A stretch of DNA of 64,000 nt from Massalongia carnosa (GCA_965645245.1 OZ287073.1:2294001-2358000); one strand, 5' to 3'. Shown: positions 47,813 through 59,943, counted from the first letter of the stretch. The notes: generated by a model from the letters alone, not told the origin. Translations and numbers: made by a program.

Positions 47813-48834
47813 ATCTACCACAGCGGCCTCGGCAGGTGTTTGATCTGTAAGCAGTCTAGAACGTAGTAACAACTAATTCGGAGTTGTATGGCAAGGTGGA
47901 GTCGTGTCAGCCTCGACGGCTATGCGACTAAGTACTACGGCTTGGCTTATGCTAGTTAATCCCGAAACCGCCGTAGGCGATCACGTATCCATCTAGCGCC
48001 ATCCGTATTACATGATGACTGAGACGCGGGATAGCGAGTATTGCTTCGTCAATAGCGATCGTTTAATCGCGAACGATCATTTGCTCATCAGTGATTCAGA
48101 ATTAAACCGATTAATATTTAAGTATTCACTATTTATCAAGTATATTTTTATTTTTTTTCAAATAGATTTCTCGCAATTAACTTATCAATAATTCCAAAAA
48201 ATTTCAGATAATTTTAATTTAACTTATACTTGATTACTCAAACGTATTTTTACTAATCATAAAAACGTTACGCTGACGTTATATTTTAATTGTTAATCAA
48301 TCCTAATCAAGAAAAAGATTTTCGAAAAAAAAATTGACAAATCACAAAATGACGAAAAATCGATATAATTTATCGGAGCGAAATTAAAACATTACAAAAA
48401 CAATAAATTCAAACAAGTTCAGTGAAAACAAGAAACAATATAAAGCATTCACGTTTCAAATCGAAATCAATAGCGAGTTCAATTCAAAACAATATGTTAC
48501 GAAAAAGCAGAAGATATTGTAGATAATAGATCTTTTTCGAAAAAAAGTAATTAACTAAATCAAAGCAATATTCATAAAGTTATTACAGTTATACGCAGTA
48601 CTGCTGATTTTTAAATAGCGTTTAGGTAAATACGATAACTTATCGAACGCGAAGGACCTATAAGTAGTGTAATAAGCGATAGTTTCTTCATAGAAGAACT
48701 ATCATAGCAATCTTTTGAATCAGTGATCTAGATTTCTTATTATTATTTTTGTTACTGTATAATAATTTTTTTATGAATCGTTTGTTCGAGTCTCGTTATA
48801 GACGAAGACTTTTAACTGTTTTTGTGTAAACGAG

Positions 48835-49348
48835 TGTAAGAGTCAGACCTGGCGATTAGCAGACACCAGGCCTAGGGATATGTGACAATGTGAAGACACT
48901 AATGATTTGCTATACTAATATACTAAAGAAGTATATAGGTAAAGCGGAAGACTAATCGTTGAAGATTGCATCTCCCTCGAGCAGCCTCCTTATATACCCG
49001 GACCGAAGCCCTTGACCCTCTGGGCCCTTGATACTGTAACTATCTTGACCGCCCATTACTCCTACCGGATAAGCCGGCTAAATACTCTGCTAACTGCATC
49101 GTGGACACTGTGCTGACTGTATCGTAGACACTGTGCTGACTGTATCGTGGACACTGTGCTGACTGTATCGTACAATCCGCTCACTAATCGTACAAGCATC
49201 CTCGTATATCTCGATCGCTCGTACTATACTCTCGGCAGTAGATACCAACCGCGTAACGCAGACCAACTGCTTTCCATATGACTAAGCCTAGCCGTAGAAC
49301 TAAGCCCCGCTTAGTTAGCTTAGCCCTTATTCCTTCTATGCCCTGACA
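48835..49348. mobile_element. 514-bp solo LTR, same family, four 23-bp repeats
   Basis: Near-identical to 47275-47812, with its own TSD ACGAG. Confidence 0.9.
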
Positions 49349-49493
49349 ACGAGCTAATCGAGAGCGAATCTGAAAGCTACAGAAAGCGAGCGTTCGACTT
49401 AGCATGCGGTCTAAAAGCGCATGCGAGATATTTTATTATTCGACTTCTTCAACGAATAACTGAGGACAGTTATTCGAATGAAAGTAGTATATT

Positions 49494-49729
49494 TGTTGAA
49501 TAGGTCTATGACTATTGCTATATGACTATGTAAAGATAGGGGCCTGTATTACCATAATGTTAAGGATGCAGAGTTGCTACGGAGTACAGAGCAATCTGTT
49601 CCTTTTATATCGGTCACCTCTACTAAGCGAGATGATAATAGTTTATCCTAGCCTCTATCCGATTAGATCAGATTTAATCTTATCTAATCTATCGGCTAGG
49701 CAATGCTGGTAGAAGTTGAATATTCAAAA
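49494..49729. mobile_element. Degenerate solo LTR (TGTTGAA...), inverted relative of 55930-56203
   Basis: Shares GTTAAGGATG.AGAGTTGCTA and terminal sequence with revcomp of 55930-56203. TSD ATATT/GTATT. Confidence 0.55.
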
Positions 49730-50476
49730 GTATTATTAAAGCGATACAAAATATTGCTAATTATTACATATCGTTTAAGTAAGATATGATAACGTATCGA
49801 ACGCGAGATATTTACAAGTAGTGTAATAAGCAATAATATCCTTATAGGAGAATTCTCATAGTAGTCTTTTGATTTAGTGATCTAGATGTCTTATTATTAT
49901 TCTTGATACAGAAGTATTTATACTTGCAAAAAATCGATTAAAAGAAAAAAACAATCGAGAGTTATAAGTCACACGAAATATTTCAAAAAAAATATTTTAA
50001 ATATTTGAAAACATAAACGATTTGAAAAAAATAATAAGAAATCTACAAAAATTAAAATATGTCACGATTCCACCTTTCGCCTTTAGGAGCTAAACCTAAT
50101 CGAGCACCTACGGGTCGGATAACGAGATTCACGAGATAGCGCGGAAAACTCTTTCGCGACCGTACTGCATGAGGGCAAGGGAAGGCGTTGGTATATAGGG
50201 ACGGGTCAGACCTTTCGAGCCTTTCTTTTCTATTTATCTTTATTGTTTTCGTTCATGGCGTCCCTATGACTAGCCTCTAGGTAGACCGTAACATTACAAT
50301 AAAGATCAAACTTTAAACTGTTATCCTATGTGAAGGATATAAAAGAATTCACCTGACAAACACGAAGACATCAGATATTGATACCGACACCGAGAATTAA
50401 ACATCGTAGAGACGAGACGACCACTGACACTGAATCCAAGATACCAGACACCGATAACCAGATACCAGCTTATAAC

Positions 50477-51703
50477 ATGGCACGATCAACCGGGACCGAG
50501 GTCCCAAGACACCGGGACTCGATAATCCCCGAGACTAGAGAGACAGAGGACGAACTAGAGGTAACGGAGCCTCTGATGATTATAAACCTCCGACAATTGA
50601 AGGCATGGATGGAGCACGACCCTCAGGCCGTGTCCGACATGCTTCAAAACCTGAAGGGAGCATACAACGACTCCGTTGAACGAGGTAACCGAGCTATTGA
50701 TATAGCTGAGGGATTCCAGACCAGAATGAACCAGTTAGAGGGCATGATGTCCTACCAGAAAGAAGAAATAAGAGAATTACAAGGACGGACCCCTGTGGCC
50801 AGCACTGAATTGAGCCGAACCCCATCCCCTTCCCGTAGCAGCCGTCGCAGCGACGGCGGTAGGAAGAGGTCGATGAAACTGCCTGACCCGCCTATCTTCA
50901 CCGACGGAAAGGAAATCTCCATAGACCATTGGCTGACAAAGATGCGGAGTAAACTAGCAGCCAATGATGACCACATGCCGTCGGAACTGCTCAAGAAGGC
51001 ATACGTGGAGAACCGGGTAGGAGGAGAAGCAATGGGACACCTAGAACCCCGACTTCGAAAAGGCGCGATGAAGCCCTTTCTGACGGCCGAGGAAATTTTT
51101 GACCAATTGGAACGCACATACGGCGACCCCAATCGAAAACAAACTGCGATGAACGACTTTCGGTATCTTCGGCAAGGAAGTAAGGATTTCAACACCTTTT
51201 GGGCTGAGTTTCAGCGTCTGGCAGCTGAGCTGAACCATAACGAGGCTGCACTAATTAGCGAGTTGAAGCACAAGCTTTCTTGGGGAATGAATCGGCAATT
51301 GGCCACCGGCGCCAAGGCACCGACCGACCTGTATGAGTTCGCGCATAAGTGTCAGCGCTTGTATCAGGACCTCAAGGACTTGGACCGAAGCAAGGCCAAT
51401 ATGGACCGTTATCCGGAAAGTAAAAGGCCCAGCACCACTGCCTCGAGTTCTAGCGCCCCGACCACGACGACGACAACCTCCACCACCGAGACCTATGTCC
51501 CTCCCCGTCATGCCATCACGGCCTCGACCCCCAGGCCCTCTTCCTATATGACGGATGAAGAAAAGGAACGATTGACCAGGGAAGGTCGTTGTTTCTTTTG
51601 CAAGGAGCATGGACATTTGTCCAGAGATTGTGAGCTGAAGAGGAAGAGTCGGCCAGCGAAAGTGCAGAAAATCGCTGAAATTGCTGACTCGGGAAAAGAG
51701 TGA
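50477..51703 (+). CDS. gag: G3 Gag with canonical CCHC knuckle
   Basis: KLPDP, LRQG, CFFCKEHGHLSRDC; first ATG at 50477. Confidence 0.9.
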   Translation: MARSTGTEVPRHRDSIIPETRETEDELEVTEPLMIINLRQLKAWMEHDPQAVSDMLQNLKGAYNDSVERGNRAIDIAEGFQTRMNQLEGMMSYQKEEIRELQGRTPVASTELSRTPSPSRSSRRSDGGRKRSMKLPDPPIFTDGKEISIDHWLTKMRSKLAANDDHMPSELLKKAYVENRVGGEAMGHLEPRLRKGAMKPFLTAEEIFDQLERTYGDPNRKQTAMNDFRYLRQGSKDFNTFWAEFQRLAAELNHNEAALISELKHKLSWGMNRQLATGAKAPTDLYEFAHKCQRLYQDLKDLDRSKANMDRYPESKRPSTTASSSSAPTTTTTTSTTETYVPPRHAITASTPRPSSYMTDEEKERLTREGRCFFCKEHGHLSRDCELKRKSRPAKVQKIAEIADSGKE

Positions 51704-54700
51704 CCTCCATCAAAGACGCAGATGGAGGTGAACCAGTGTTGATTTCGTCGAGCTGTTTACCTGGTGATTTGTTCACCGATGAACCCCTGGTCATACAATG
51801 TAGACTGGGCAATAGCGAAGAAATAAAAGTGATGGGTCTATTGGACAGCGGTGCCACTAGGCATGCTTTTATTGATGAATCAACAGCGCGTGAAGTTTGT
51901 GAAAAGCTTCAGATCTCCCCTCAAAAACTGACAAGACCGAAACCAGTCAAAGGTTTCGACGGTAAACGAGGTAAAGACATTACGCATGCCATCTACCCTA
52001 CCCTGACCGTACAAAATCATAAGGAAACAATAGCCCCTATTCTAATCACGCAGCTGGGGCAACACAAGATGATATTGGGAAAACCATGGATGAGAAAGCA
52101 TGGAGTGATTATTGACATGGCCACAGACAAGATAACTTTCTGGCCTGGTCATTGTTCTCATCCTGGAGCTCCTCAGCTGCCCAAGGAGGAAAAGATGATG
52201 AGGGAGTCCGAAGGGGCTAGAACGATCATGAAAATACTGAAACGACCCGAAGAGGCAAGAACGGACACGAAGGAATCAGAGCGGACTAGTCCAGATCAGC
52301 TCAGTTCGTCAGATTTGTTAGCTAACAAAGCTGACGTAGGGCTATCAGGAAGACCAGCAGACTCTGGAATCGAGGATAAGCCGACTCCCGAAGATGAGCC
52401 GATAGAAATGGCGATGATAGGGGCTGCCGCGTACCGACTGCTCTCCAAACAAAATAATGTCGAGTTATTCGCCATCTCTTTGAAAGACATCGAGTACCAA
52501 TTGAATAAGGAAGACCAGCCACCCACTGACCCGAAGACGGTAGTTCCCTCAGAGTACCACGAATTCCTAGATGTCTTTTCCAAGACAGCATCTGACACTC
52601 TGGCACCTCATCGAACGTATGATCATAGGATTATTCTGGAAGGAGACAAAGATCACGGACATAGTCCGCTTCGGAGCATGTCACAGAAAGAACTGGAGTT
52701 CGTCAAGAAATACCTCGAGGACAACCTTCGAAAAGGATTCATCGAGGCCAGTCACGCAGCGTGTGCTTCCCCTATTCTGTTGGCCAAAAAGCCGAACGGA
52801 GGCCTGCGTTTCTGTGTCGATTATCGAAGGCTGAATCAACTGTCAAAAAAAGACCGCTATCCCATACCTCTGATAGAAGAAACTCTGGCACAGCTGAAGG
52901 AAGCTAAGGTCTTTTCGAAGATTGATATTCGGCAAGCATTTCACAAGCTCAGAATGGCCATAGAGTCTGAAGACCTGACGATGTTCAACTCTCGTTTTGG
53001 TGCCTATAAATATAAGGTACTCCCATTCGGACTCTCTGGCGGACCAGCTTCCTGGCAACACTACATCAACGATGTGTTATTCGACTATTTGGACAAGTTC
53101 TGCACGGCTTACCTGGACGACATCCTGATTTATAGCAAGAACCTGAAGGATCATCGGGAGCACGTCCGATTCGTTCTGATCAAACTTCGGGAAGCGGGAC
53201 TACAAGCAGACGTGGACAAATGCGAATTCCATGTGACGGAAACCAAGTACTTGGGACTGATCATTAGCGTCGATGGCATTCGCATGGATCCAGCTAAAGT
53301 CAAGGCCATCCAGCAATGGGAAATCCCAACTTGTCTACGTGAGGTCCGTTCGTTCATTGGCTTTTGCAACTTCTATCGACGATTCATCAGAGGCTTCTCG
53401 AAAATCGCCAAACCCCTGAACGCACTGACGAAGAAAGAACGAATCTTTGAATGGACCTTAGCATGTGAAAAAGCTTTTCGGACCCTGCAGAAACAAATAG
53501 GCGAAGCCCCAATTCTGATACACTTCGACCGAGACAAGCAGTGTTACTTGGAAACCGACTCTTCTGACCACGTCAATGGTGGCGTACTTTCCCAAATGGG
53601 GGATGACGGAGAACTTCACCCGGTAGCGTTCTTCTCCAAGAATATGAGCCCTGCGGAATGCAACTACGAAATCTACGACAAGGAACTGCTGGCAATCATC
53701 CGCTGCTTTGAACAATGGAAACCGGAACTGGAAGGCACTGATCTACCAGTGAAGATCTTCACTGATCACCGAAGTCTAGAGTATTTCATGTCCACCAAAA
53801 AGCTGACCAGAAGACAGGCTCGCTGGGCGGAGTTCCTCTCGGAGTTCAATTTCGTCATCACCTATCGCCCGGGCAAGAAAAACGAAAAAGCAGACGCTCT
53901 GACCCGAAGGCCAAACGATAAACCTCAGAACGAGGAAGACGAACGACAACAGCATCAGCTCCAAACGCTGCTGCCCTCGGAAAGACTAGAACTGCAACCC
54001 ATCGAAGAAGCAACGGAATCAGATGAAACTCCTGCCCTTGACGACACTGACACTACCACCGATCCCGATCCACAGCCTTTGGACGAAAAGGTAAAACAGG
54101 AAAACCTCGAAGATGATCTCTGTACGAAGATCAAAAAAGCGCTGACAGACGACGATACTCCCGCGGACAACACCTTGCCAGACACAAAGAATTGTACGGT
54201 GAAAGATGGACTGCTATATAAGCGAAAACGCTTATGGGTCCCGGACAACAAGGAAACAATTCTCGAAGTCGTACGGCAAATTCATGACCAGATAGCGGTT
54301 GGGCACCCCGGAATAGCAAGGACCATTCAGACGATCTCTCGAAATTACTACTGGCCGAATATGGGCAAAGATGTTCGCCGCTATTTTCGCAGCTGTCACG
54401 TTTGCAGACGGGCAAAAGCACCAAGGGATAAATACAACGGGCTACTGAAACCCTTGCCCATACCTGACAAGCCATGGTCAGACATCACCCTCGACTATGT
54501 GACCGGGCTCGCCAAAAGCAAGGAGCAGTACGACGCCATTCTGATGGTTGTGAACCGGATGTCCAAGGAAAGACACTACATTCCATGCACATGTAGTGAC
54601 GAAGGAACAATTGCCGAGGCTACAGCGAAGCTGCTCATCGACAACGTCTGGCGTTATCACGGACTCCCGAACAGCATATTATCCGATCGGGGCCCCCAGT

Positions 54701-55563
54701 TCGTGTCAGCGGTATGGAAGGCATGGTGCAAAATTCTGGGAATCACGGCGAAACTGTCCACCGCTTATCATCCCGAAACAGACGGACAAAGCGAAATAGC
54801 GAACCAAGAAATGGAACGTCACCTCCGGAGTTTCACCAACTATAATCAGGATGACTGGGCGGACCTTCTCCCGATGGCCGAGTTCGCTGCCAACAGCGCA
54901 CCGTCGGCCACAACTGGGCTTTCACCATTCATGGCCACAAAAGGATATGAACCGAGGATGAGTTTCGATCCAGCAGAGCTTTCCGCTTCTTCCACCAGAG
55001 AAAGGTTGGCCAACGCCCAAGCTAGGGCCATCACAGACGACATGCAGAAAGTCTGGAACTTCGTCAAGCAAAGCATGGAGCGAGCCCAGGAAAGGCAAAG
55101 AACAGCGGCTGATCGACACCGGACGGAAGTATCTTACGAGGTAGGAGACATGGTGTGGTTGTCAACCAAAAACATCAAGACTGAGCGGGCTTGCAAGAAA
55201 CTGGACCACAAGATGATAGGTCCCTATCGAGTCATGAAATTGGTAGGATCATCATGTCAGCTGGAACTTCCACCCTCGATGAAAATACACGATGTGTTCC
55301 ACACCAGCTTGCTCCGAAAAGCTGCAGACGACCCCCTTCCTGGTCAGATAAACGAACCACCCCCACCGGTAGTAGTCGAAGGTAACGACGAATGGGAACT
55401 GGACGACATATTAGACGCACGAAAGCGATATCGAAAGATCCAGTTCAAGGTCAAGTGGAAAGGAATTGACGAAGACCTGACGTGGTATGATGCTGACGGC
55501 TTCGAAAATGCAGAAGAACTGGTGAAGGACTTTTATCGACGACACCCTAACAAACCACGTTAA
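51700..55563 (+). CDS. pol: G3 Pol (PR-RT-RH-IN-chromodomain), -1 frame relative to gag
   Basis: LLDSGAT, YLDDILI, TDSS, HHCC, SDRG, GQSE, GPY, FKVKWKG..TW. Confidence 0.95.
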   Translation: MTSIKDADGGEPVLISSSCLPGDLFTDEPLVIQCRLGNSEEIKVMGLLDSGATRHAFIDESTAREVCEKLQISPQKLTRPKPVKGFDGKRGKDITHAIYPTLTVQNHKETIAPILITQLGQHKMILGKPWMRKHGVIIDMATDKITFWPGHCSHPGAPQLPKEEKMMRESEGARTIMKILKRPEEARTDTKESERTSPDQLSSSDLLANKADVGLSGRPADSGIEDKPTPEDEPIEMAMIGAAAYRLLSKQNNVELFAISLKDIEYQLNKEDQPPTDPKTVVPSEYHEFLDVFSKTASDTLAPHRTYDHRIILEGDKDHGHSPLRSMSQKELEFVKKYLEDNLRKGFIEASHAACASPILLAKKPNGGLRFCVDYRRLNQLSKKDRYPIPLIEETLAQLKEAKVFSKIDIRQAFHKLRMAIESEDLTMFNSRFGAYKYKVLPFGLSGGPASWQHYINDVLFDYLDKFCTAYLDDILIYSKNLKDHREHVRFVLIKLREAGLQADVDKCEFHVTETKYLGLIISVDGIRMDPAKVKAIQQWEIPTCLREVRSFIGFCNFYRRFIRGFSKIAKPLNALTKKERIFEWTLACEKAFRTLQKQIGEAPILIHFDRDKQCYLETDSSDHVNGGVLSQMGDDGELHPVAFFSKNMSPAECNYEIYDKELLAIIRCFEQWKPELEGTDLPVKIFTDHRSLEYFMSTKKLTRRQARWAEFLSEFNFVITYRPGKKNEKADALTRRPNDKPQNEEDERQQHQLQTLLPSERLELQPIEEATESDETPALDDTDTTTDPDPQPLDEKVKQENLEDDLCTKIKKALTDDDTPADNTLPDTKNCTVKDGLLYKRKRLWVPDNKETILEVVRQIHDQIAVGHPGIARTIQTISRNYYWPNMGKDVRRYFRSCHVCRRAKAPRDKYNGLLKPLPIPDKPWSDITLDYVTGLAKSKEQYDAILMVVNRMSKERHYIPCTCSDEGTIAEATAKLLIDNVWRYHGLPNSILSDRGPQFVSAVWKAWCKILGITAKLSTAYHPETDGQSEIANQEMERHLRSFTNYNQDDWADLLPMAEFAANSAPSATTGLSPFMATKGYEPRMSFDPAELSASSTRERLANAQARAITDDMQKVWNFVKQSMERAQERQRTAADRHRTEVSYEVGDMVWLSTKNIKTERACKKLDHKMIGPYRVMKLVGSSCQLELPPSMKIHDVFHTSLLRKAADDPLPGQINEPPPPVVVEGNDEWELDDILDARKRYRKIQFKVKWKGIDEDLTWYDADGFENAEELVKDFYRRHPNKPR

Positions 55564-55929
55564 ACCGCATTTATAACTCAATCTATCACGTGATGAAACG
55601 AACGGAGGTAAAGCGGACTTTATCGCGGTCAGGTGACTCGCGATCTAAAGCGGAGGGTAGTGTCACGATACCACCTTTCGCCTTTAGGAGCTAAACCTAA
55701 GCGAGCACCTACGGGTCGGATAACGAGATTCACGAGATAGCGCGGAAAACTCTTTCGCGACCGTACTGCATGAGGGCAAGGGAACGCGTTGGTATATAGG
55801 GACGGGTCAGACCTTTCGAGTCTTTCTTTTCTCTTCATCTTTATTGTTTTCGTTCATGACGTCCCTATGACTAGCCTCTAGGTAGACCGTAACAAAATAA
55901 ATCGATTTTATAAATGCGTATAATACAAT

Positions 55930-56203
55930 TGTTGAATATCCAATTCCTATCAGCACAATAAACATCTATCAGTACGATGAACATAGCACCTACGGCTGCC
56001 CTAGATGGACAGATCATCTACGGAAACCGTAGATGCCGCGTTAGGCTTAGTCCCAAGATAAGATAAGATCACCTCGCTTAGAAGGGGGTGACCAGTAATA
56101 GAAAAAGATTGCTGCCTAGCAACTCTTCATCCTTAACATCACGGTCATACATACCTTTATTATTACATAGCCATACAGCCATAGTCATATACCTATTTCA
56201 ACA
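55930..56203. mobile_element. 274-bp solo LTR (TGTTGAA...TTCAACA)
   Basis: TSD ACAAT at 55925-55929 and 56204-56208. Confidence 0.85.
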
Positions 56204-57189
56204 ACAATAGTTCAACAAAACGCCTTCACGTCAAATTAAGACAAATAAGCATTAACAACGTCATATTATTTTAAATTATCCTCCAACCCCTTTGCGGGTG
56301 TAGCGCAGCCCTGTGAGCCTTAGCGCGCTAGGCAGTATATGATAACCATGTAGACAGATCTCAATAGAACATACCTTCATGCAGTCTTTTCTCCTCCCTA
56401 CCTGATATACAATTTAACTTATTATGATGATGATGATAATGATGTATTCATACTCCGATATGACACCGGCCGTAGACCGGCCCATGTGGGCGAAGCTATC
56501 TAAGTTATGTTACATGGAAAACCTTTCACAGGTGTAAAAACCATGTCCCTTGATACCCGTCCGATGTGACTACGTGTCGACGTCGGGCGGGAGACGCAGT
56601 GCAAAATACGTGTGGGAACTGTAATGCCTTGTGAAAAGAGAAGAAAGAAAGAAAGGTTCAACTATTGTTGATTTTACAATAATGTTGATGCTAGTGAGAA
56701 TTGATTCAATAAACCTGTTTTCATTAGCAAAGCAGTTAGTATCTTCAGAGTTTTTGATGATTTAGTCAGCTGCTGATAGTCGCTCGTGCCGGCGGCGCGG
56801 AACATCTGTTCTCTATTGTCAATAAGTCTGCAGAACATGATTACATGTTCTGGAGTTTTTCTGTGCCAGCCACATGAGCAGGCCGGTAAGGTGACGGAGG
56901 GCACCCGTCGCTTGTAGAGGAAGTCAACTAACCCGATCTTGCCAGTGCGGATTTGAGTTGTTAGAGCGCTTTCTGCCTTTTTTAGCTGCGTGTGTATTTT
57001 CAGCCGTTTTTTGCTCAGTGGGACTGATTATGCTATGAAGGGTTCGATGACGCGATTTTGATATGCGCACCACGTGTCGTTCCAGACCTTCATTTGTCGT
57101 GCTTTGATTGTTTGTATCTGCTTGTGTCGGGCCGTTGCCGCAACGGTAGCTTCGCGGTGCCACGCCGGGTAGACTTCGAACCATGGTGG

Positions 57190-57865
57190 TGTGGTGGGGC
57201 GACACGTGTCATCTATAGTCAGGTGACACGGCAGGCCTATGTGGAGATAAAACGGGTTTTTTGTTGGCGTTTTCTTCATCATCTCTGGACATCATCTCCG
57301 GACATCATCTTCTATCACCTACGCTGTCATCATCATCGTCGTGTCAGGTAGTCATCGACACACGTTCATTTCGTGCATCAACTAGTCGTTCAGTCGTTCA
57401 GTCGTCGAGTTCTTTTCATGTCTATACAGTCGTAGGTCTATTCAGACGTTTGTGTGTGTGTGTGTTTACTGCTCAGTTCGCCATCTATCATCACGTACCA
57501 CCACCTTCCAACTACCCTTCTTCATTAATAAAGAAGGGTTGTCGTGCGTGCTAATAGAAGGTGGTGGTACGTGATGATAGATGGTGAACTGAGCAGTGAA
57601 CACACATATACACACAAACGTCTGAATAGATCTACGACTGCATAGACATGAAAAGAACTCGACGACTGAAGGACTGAACGACTAGTTGATGCACGAAATG
57701 AACGTGTGTCGATGACTACGTGACACGACGATGATGATGACAGCGTAGGTGATAGAAGATGATGTCCGGAGATGAAGAAGCAAAAGCCAGCAAAAAACCC
57801 GTTTTATCCCCACACAGGCCTGCCATGTCACCTGACCATAGATGACACATGTCGCCCCACCACAG
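57190..57865. mobile_element. Fold-back MITE-like element with ~315-bp inverted arms, inserted at a TA in the LINE
   Basis: Arms 57190-57508 and 57557-57865 are reverse complements with a 48-bp spacer. TA at 57866-57867. Removing it restores LINE codons KAHL-PPWF. Confidence 0.85.
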
Positions 57866-58158
57866 TAGGTGTGCCTTTGGTGGTTGAACTATTTTTGAGT
57901 CGATCAGTAGGCTTTTGGCCCAGAAGTGTTTCAGCTCTCCAGGGATGGGCTTTTGAAGTCGTTTGCGACCTGCCTTGCCTCGAAGTTTGTCAGCTATTTT
58001 GTTGCATGCGGAGGAGATGATCTTCATTGGCCTCCGGCTCGGAGCCGGTGCCTTGCCTATGCTTGTAGCATGTCGAGATGCGTGTCTATGGGCGCTATGA
58101 ATATCTCTGCTTCTAGTACTGAGATGGGAGTGGCTTTAAAGGCACCGGCTATGGTGCG

Positions 58159-58497
58159 TATTGAAATTGAAGCTCTGCTGGCATAGTAAAAAGCTCACTT
58201 TTGAAACGATTGATCTTTCTATCTACCTATCTAAGGACCGTGTTTATATAGATAGAAAAACATGCCGAAAACCGTTCTCCCTATGACTCACCTTCCTGCT
58301 TCCTAGAAATCTAAGATTGGTGATTGACTCATATCCAATTTATGACTCGATGGGAATGTTCATAGAAGTTTTGTGGTGCTTCTCGAGGTCGTTATGTGTT
58401 GCCTAATGTTCTTACCAACGCACTAATCCCAATGCGGTACCATGTGACTCTGAACACTTTACTAGGCATCAGCCGGGTGACTTTGCACATTACAACA
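58159..58497. mobile_element. 339-bp solo LTR in the LINE
   Basis: TATTG (from TGTTG)...CAACA with TSD GTGCG; removal restores LINE CLRTIAGAFKATP. Confidence 0.82.
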
Positions 58498-58618
58498 GTG
58501 CGAAGGCAATTGTTTTGCATGACGGAGAGCTTGCTCGTTGACGTTTTTGACTATTTGACTTCTTTGGGCATGTGCCATACGGTTGACCCATATGTCATGG
58601 CCGGACGCACCACGGCAC

Positions 58619-58789
58619 TGTAACGGTCCGACCAAGCGTGGTGCGGACGGCAGGACCTACAGCGAACATAGCAGGAGTCCCAGTTATAGTAGAATAGAGC
58701 TTGGTCTGCGGACTAAGTATTGTGCCTTTTGGTCGGGAAGGACAGGTGGCGCAATGGTAGAAATCTATTCACTATCTCGCTTCGTCACA
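58619..58789. mobile_element. 171-bp solo LTR in the LINE
   Basis: Near-identical to 46982-47152. TSD GGCAC/GGTAC. Confidence 0.9.
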
Positions 58790-59509
58790 GGTACTTTAAA
58801 CCTGCCTTGCCTTGGCGAAGGTGGCACCCCAGGTTGATATGGAAATTTTTGTCAATGCCATGGATTGTTTGACCATTTTCTCTTGCGTTTTGCGAACGTG
58901 CGGTCCCCATTTCAATTTGGTGTCGATTTGTAGGCCCAATACTCTGATGTCCGTTTTAGGTTTAATTTCCGTGCTAGCAATATTGATAGATGTAGTCATG
59001 TTGAATGTTTTGGGATTTCTGGATAAGTGTATGAGTTCGTACTTCGTCGGAGCGAATACGGACCCGTGCCGGGAAGCCCACGTCTCACATTGTCTGTGTA
59101 TTGCCTCTAGAGTTTTGCAGTTTTCCTCGGTGCTTTTTCCATATGCCAAAATGTTTGCGTCGTTTACGAATCCTATGGCACTTGTGTTTTTGCCTGGTCG
59201 ATCACATATTTTCCAATAGATCTGCATTGTAAAATAGGTAAAGAATGGATGACAGGGGAGAGCCCTGCGGGATACACGTTCTTACCGCAAACCGCCCAGT
59301 GACTTTTCGATTTATTGCTAAAGTGGTGCTTCGATCGCTCAGAAAGCTGTTTAACCAGTCGGTGATCCATTTTGGAATTTTTCTTTTCCGTAGGTTATGC
59401 GTTAGTCGTTGATGTGATACCGTATCGAACGCGCCGGCGACGTCTATGCTTAGCAGTGTAGATTTAACTTATTATATTGATTTGAAAAATGACATAAAAT
59501 ACGCATTAA

Positions 59510-59661
59510 TACGCCGCGCAACGAGTCGGGTTTCTCTGATAAAAACCCAACCCGTTTGTGGCGAACCCTATGATTTTTGGTGTCAGGGTTAGGTTTTGAA
59601 AGAAAAACACGATGGTGAAAAAGCAATTTTGTGGCGAAAACCCAACCCGTTGCGCGGCGTA
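59510..59661. mobile_element. 152-bp hAT-type MITE
   Basis: 14-bp TIR TACGCCGCGCAACG, 8-bp TSD CGCATTAA (59502-59509, 59662-59669), AACCC subterminal motifs. Confidence 0.9.
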
Positions 59662-59943
59662 CGCATTAATCATAAAAGAAAAGTTTTGTTGAATGGCGGT
59701 TGCGATTATGGTTATAATGGCTTGTTGGGCTCACTGCGTGGATAGCCTGTAGTCTAATCTTCTCTAGGAAGGTTTTAGGTTTAGCGTGCTTTGCCCTTTG
59801 GTGAAAAGTCTGCTCTTTTCCTTTCAGATAGCTATATAGTCAATGCGATTACCTGCAACCAGAGTCTCCTTTTAACTGGTTATGAGCACGGTCAGCAACA
59901 AGCTTCCGAACATCAGAAAAGGATATAGCTCTTCGCAAATCGC

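Larger units (their letters stand above)
50060..55894 (+). mobile_element. Full-length Ty3/Gypsy chromovirus G3
   Basis: 234-bp LTRs 50060-50293 and 55661-55894 (7 differences seen), TSD AAATA, intact gag and pol. Confidence 0.97.
56426..59461 (-). mobile_element. 5'-truncated Tad1-like LINE carrying three nested insertions
   Basis: RT remnants PQGSPLS, GFVND (from FVDD), FAPTKYELIH, LGLQID; C-terminal CSCG..TPEHV..FC. (CAT)n 3' tail at about 56424-56443. 14-bp TSD ATTTAACTTATTAT at 56412-56425 and 59462-59475. Confidence 0.92.

Noticed and set aside
47275..49348. A single TRIM/LARD element bounded by two near-identical LTRs
   Set aside because: Each LTR has its own perfect TSD (ATCTA and ACGAG).
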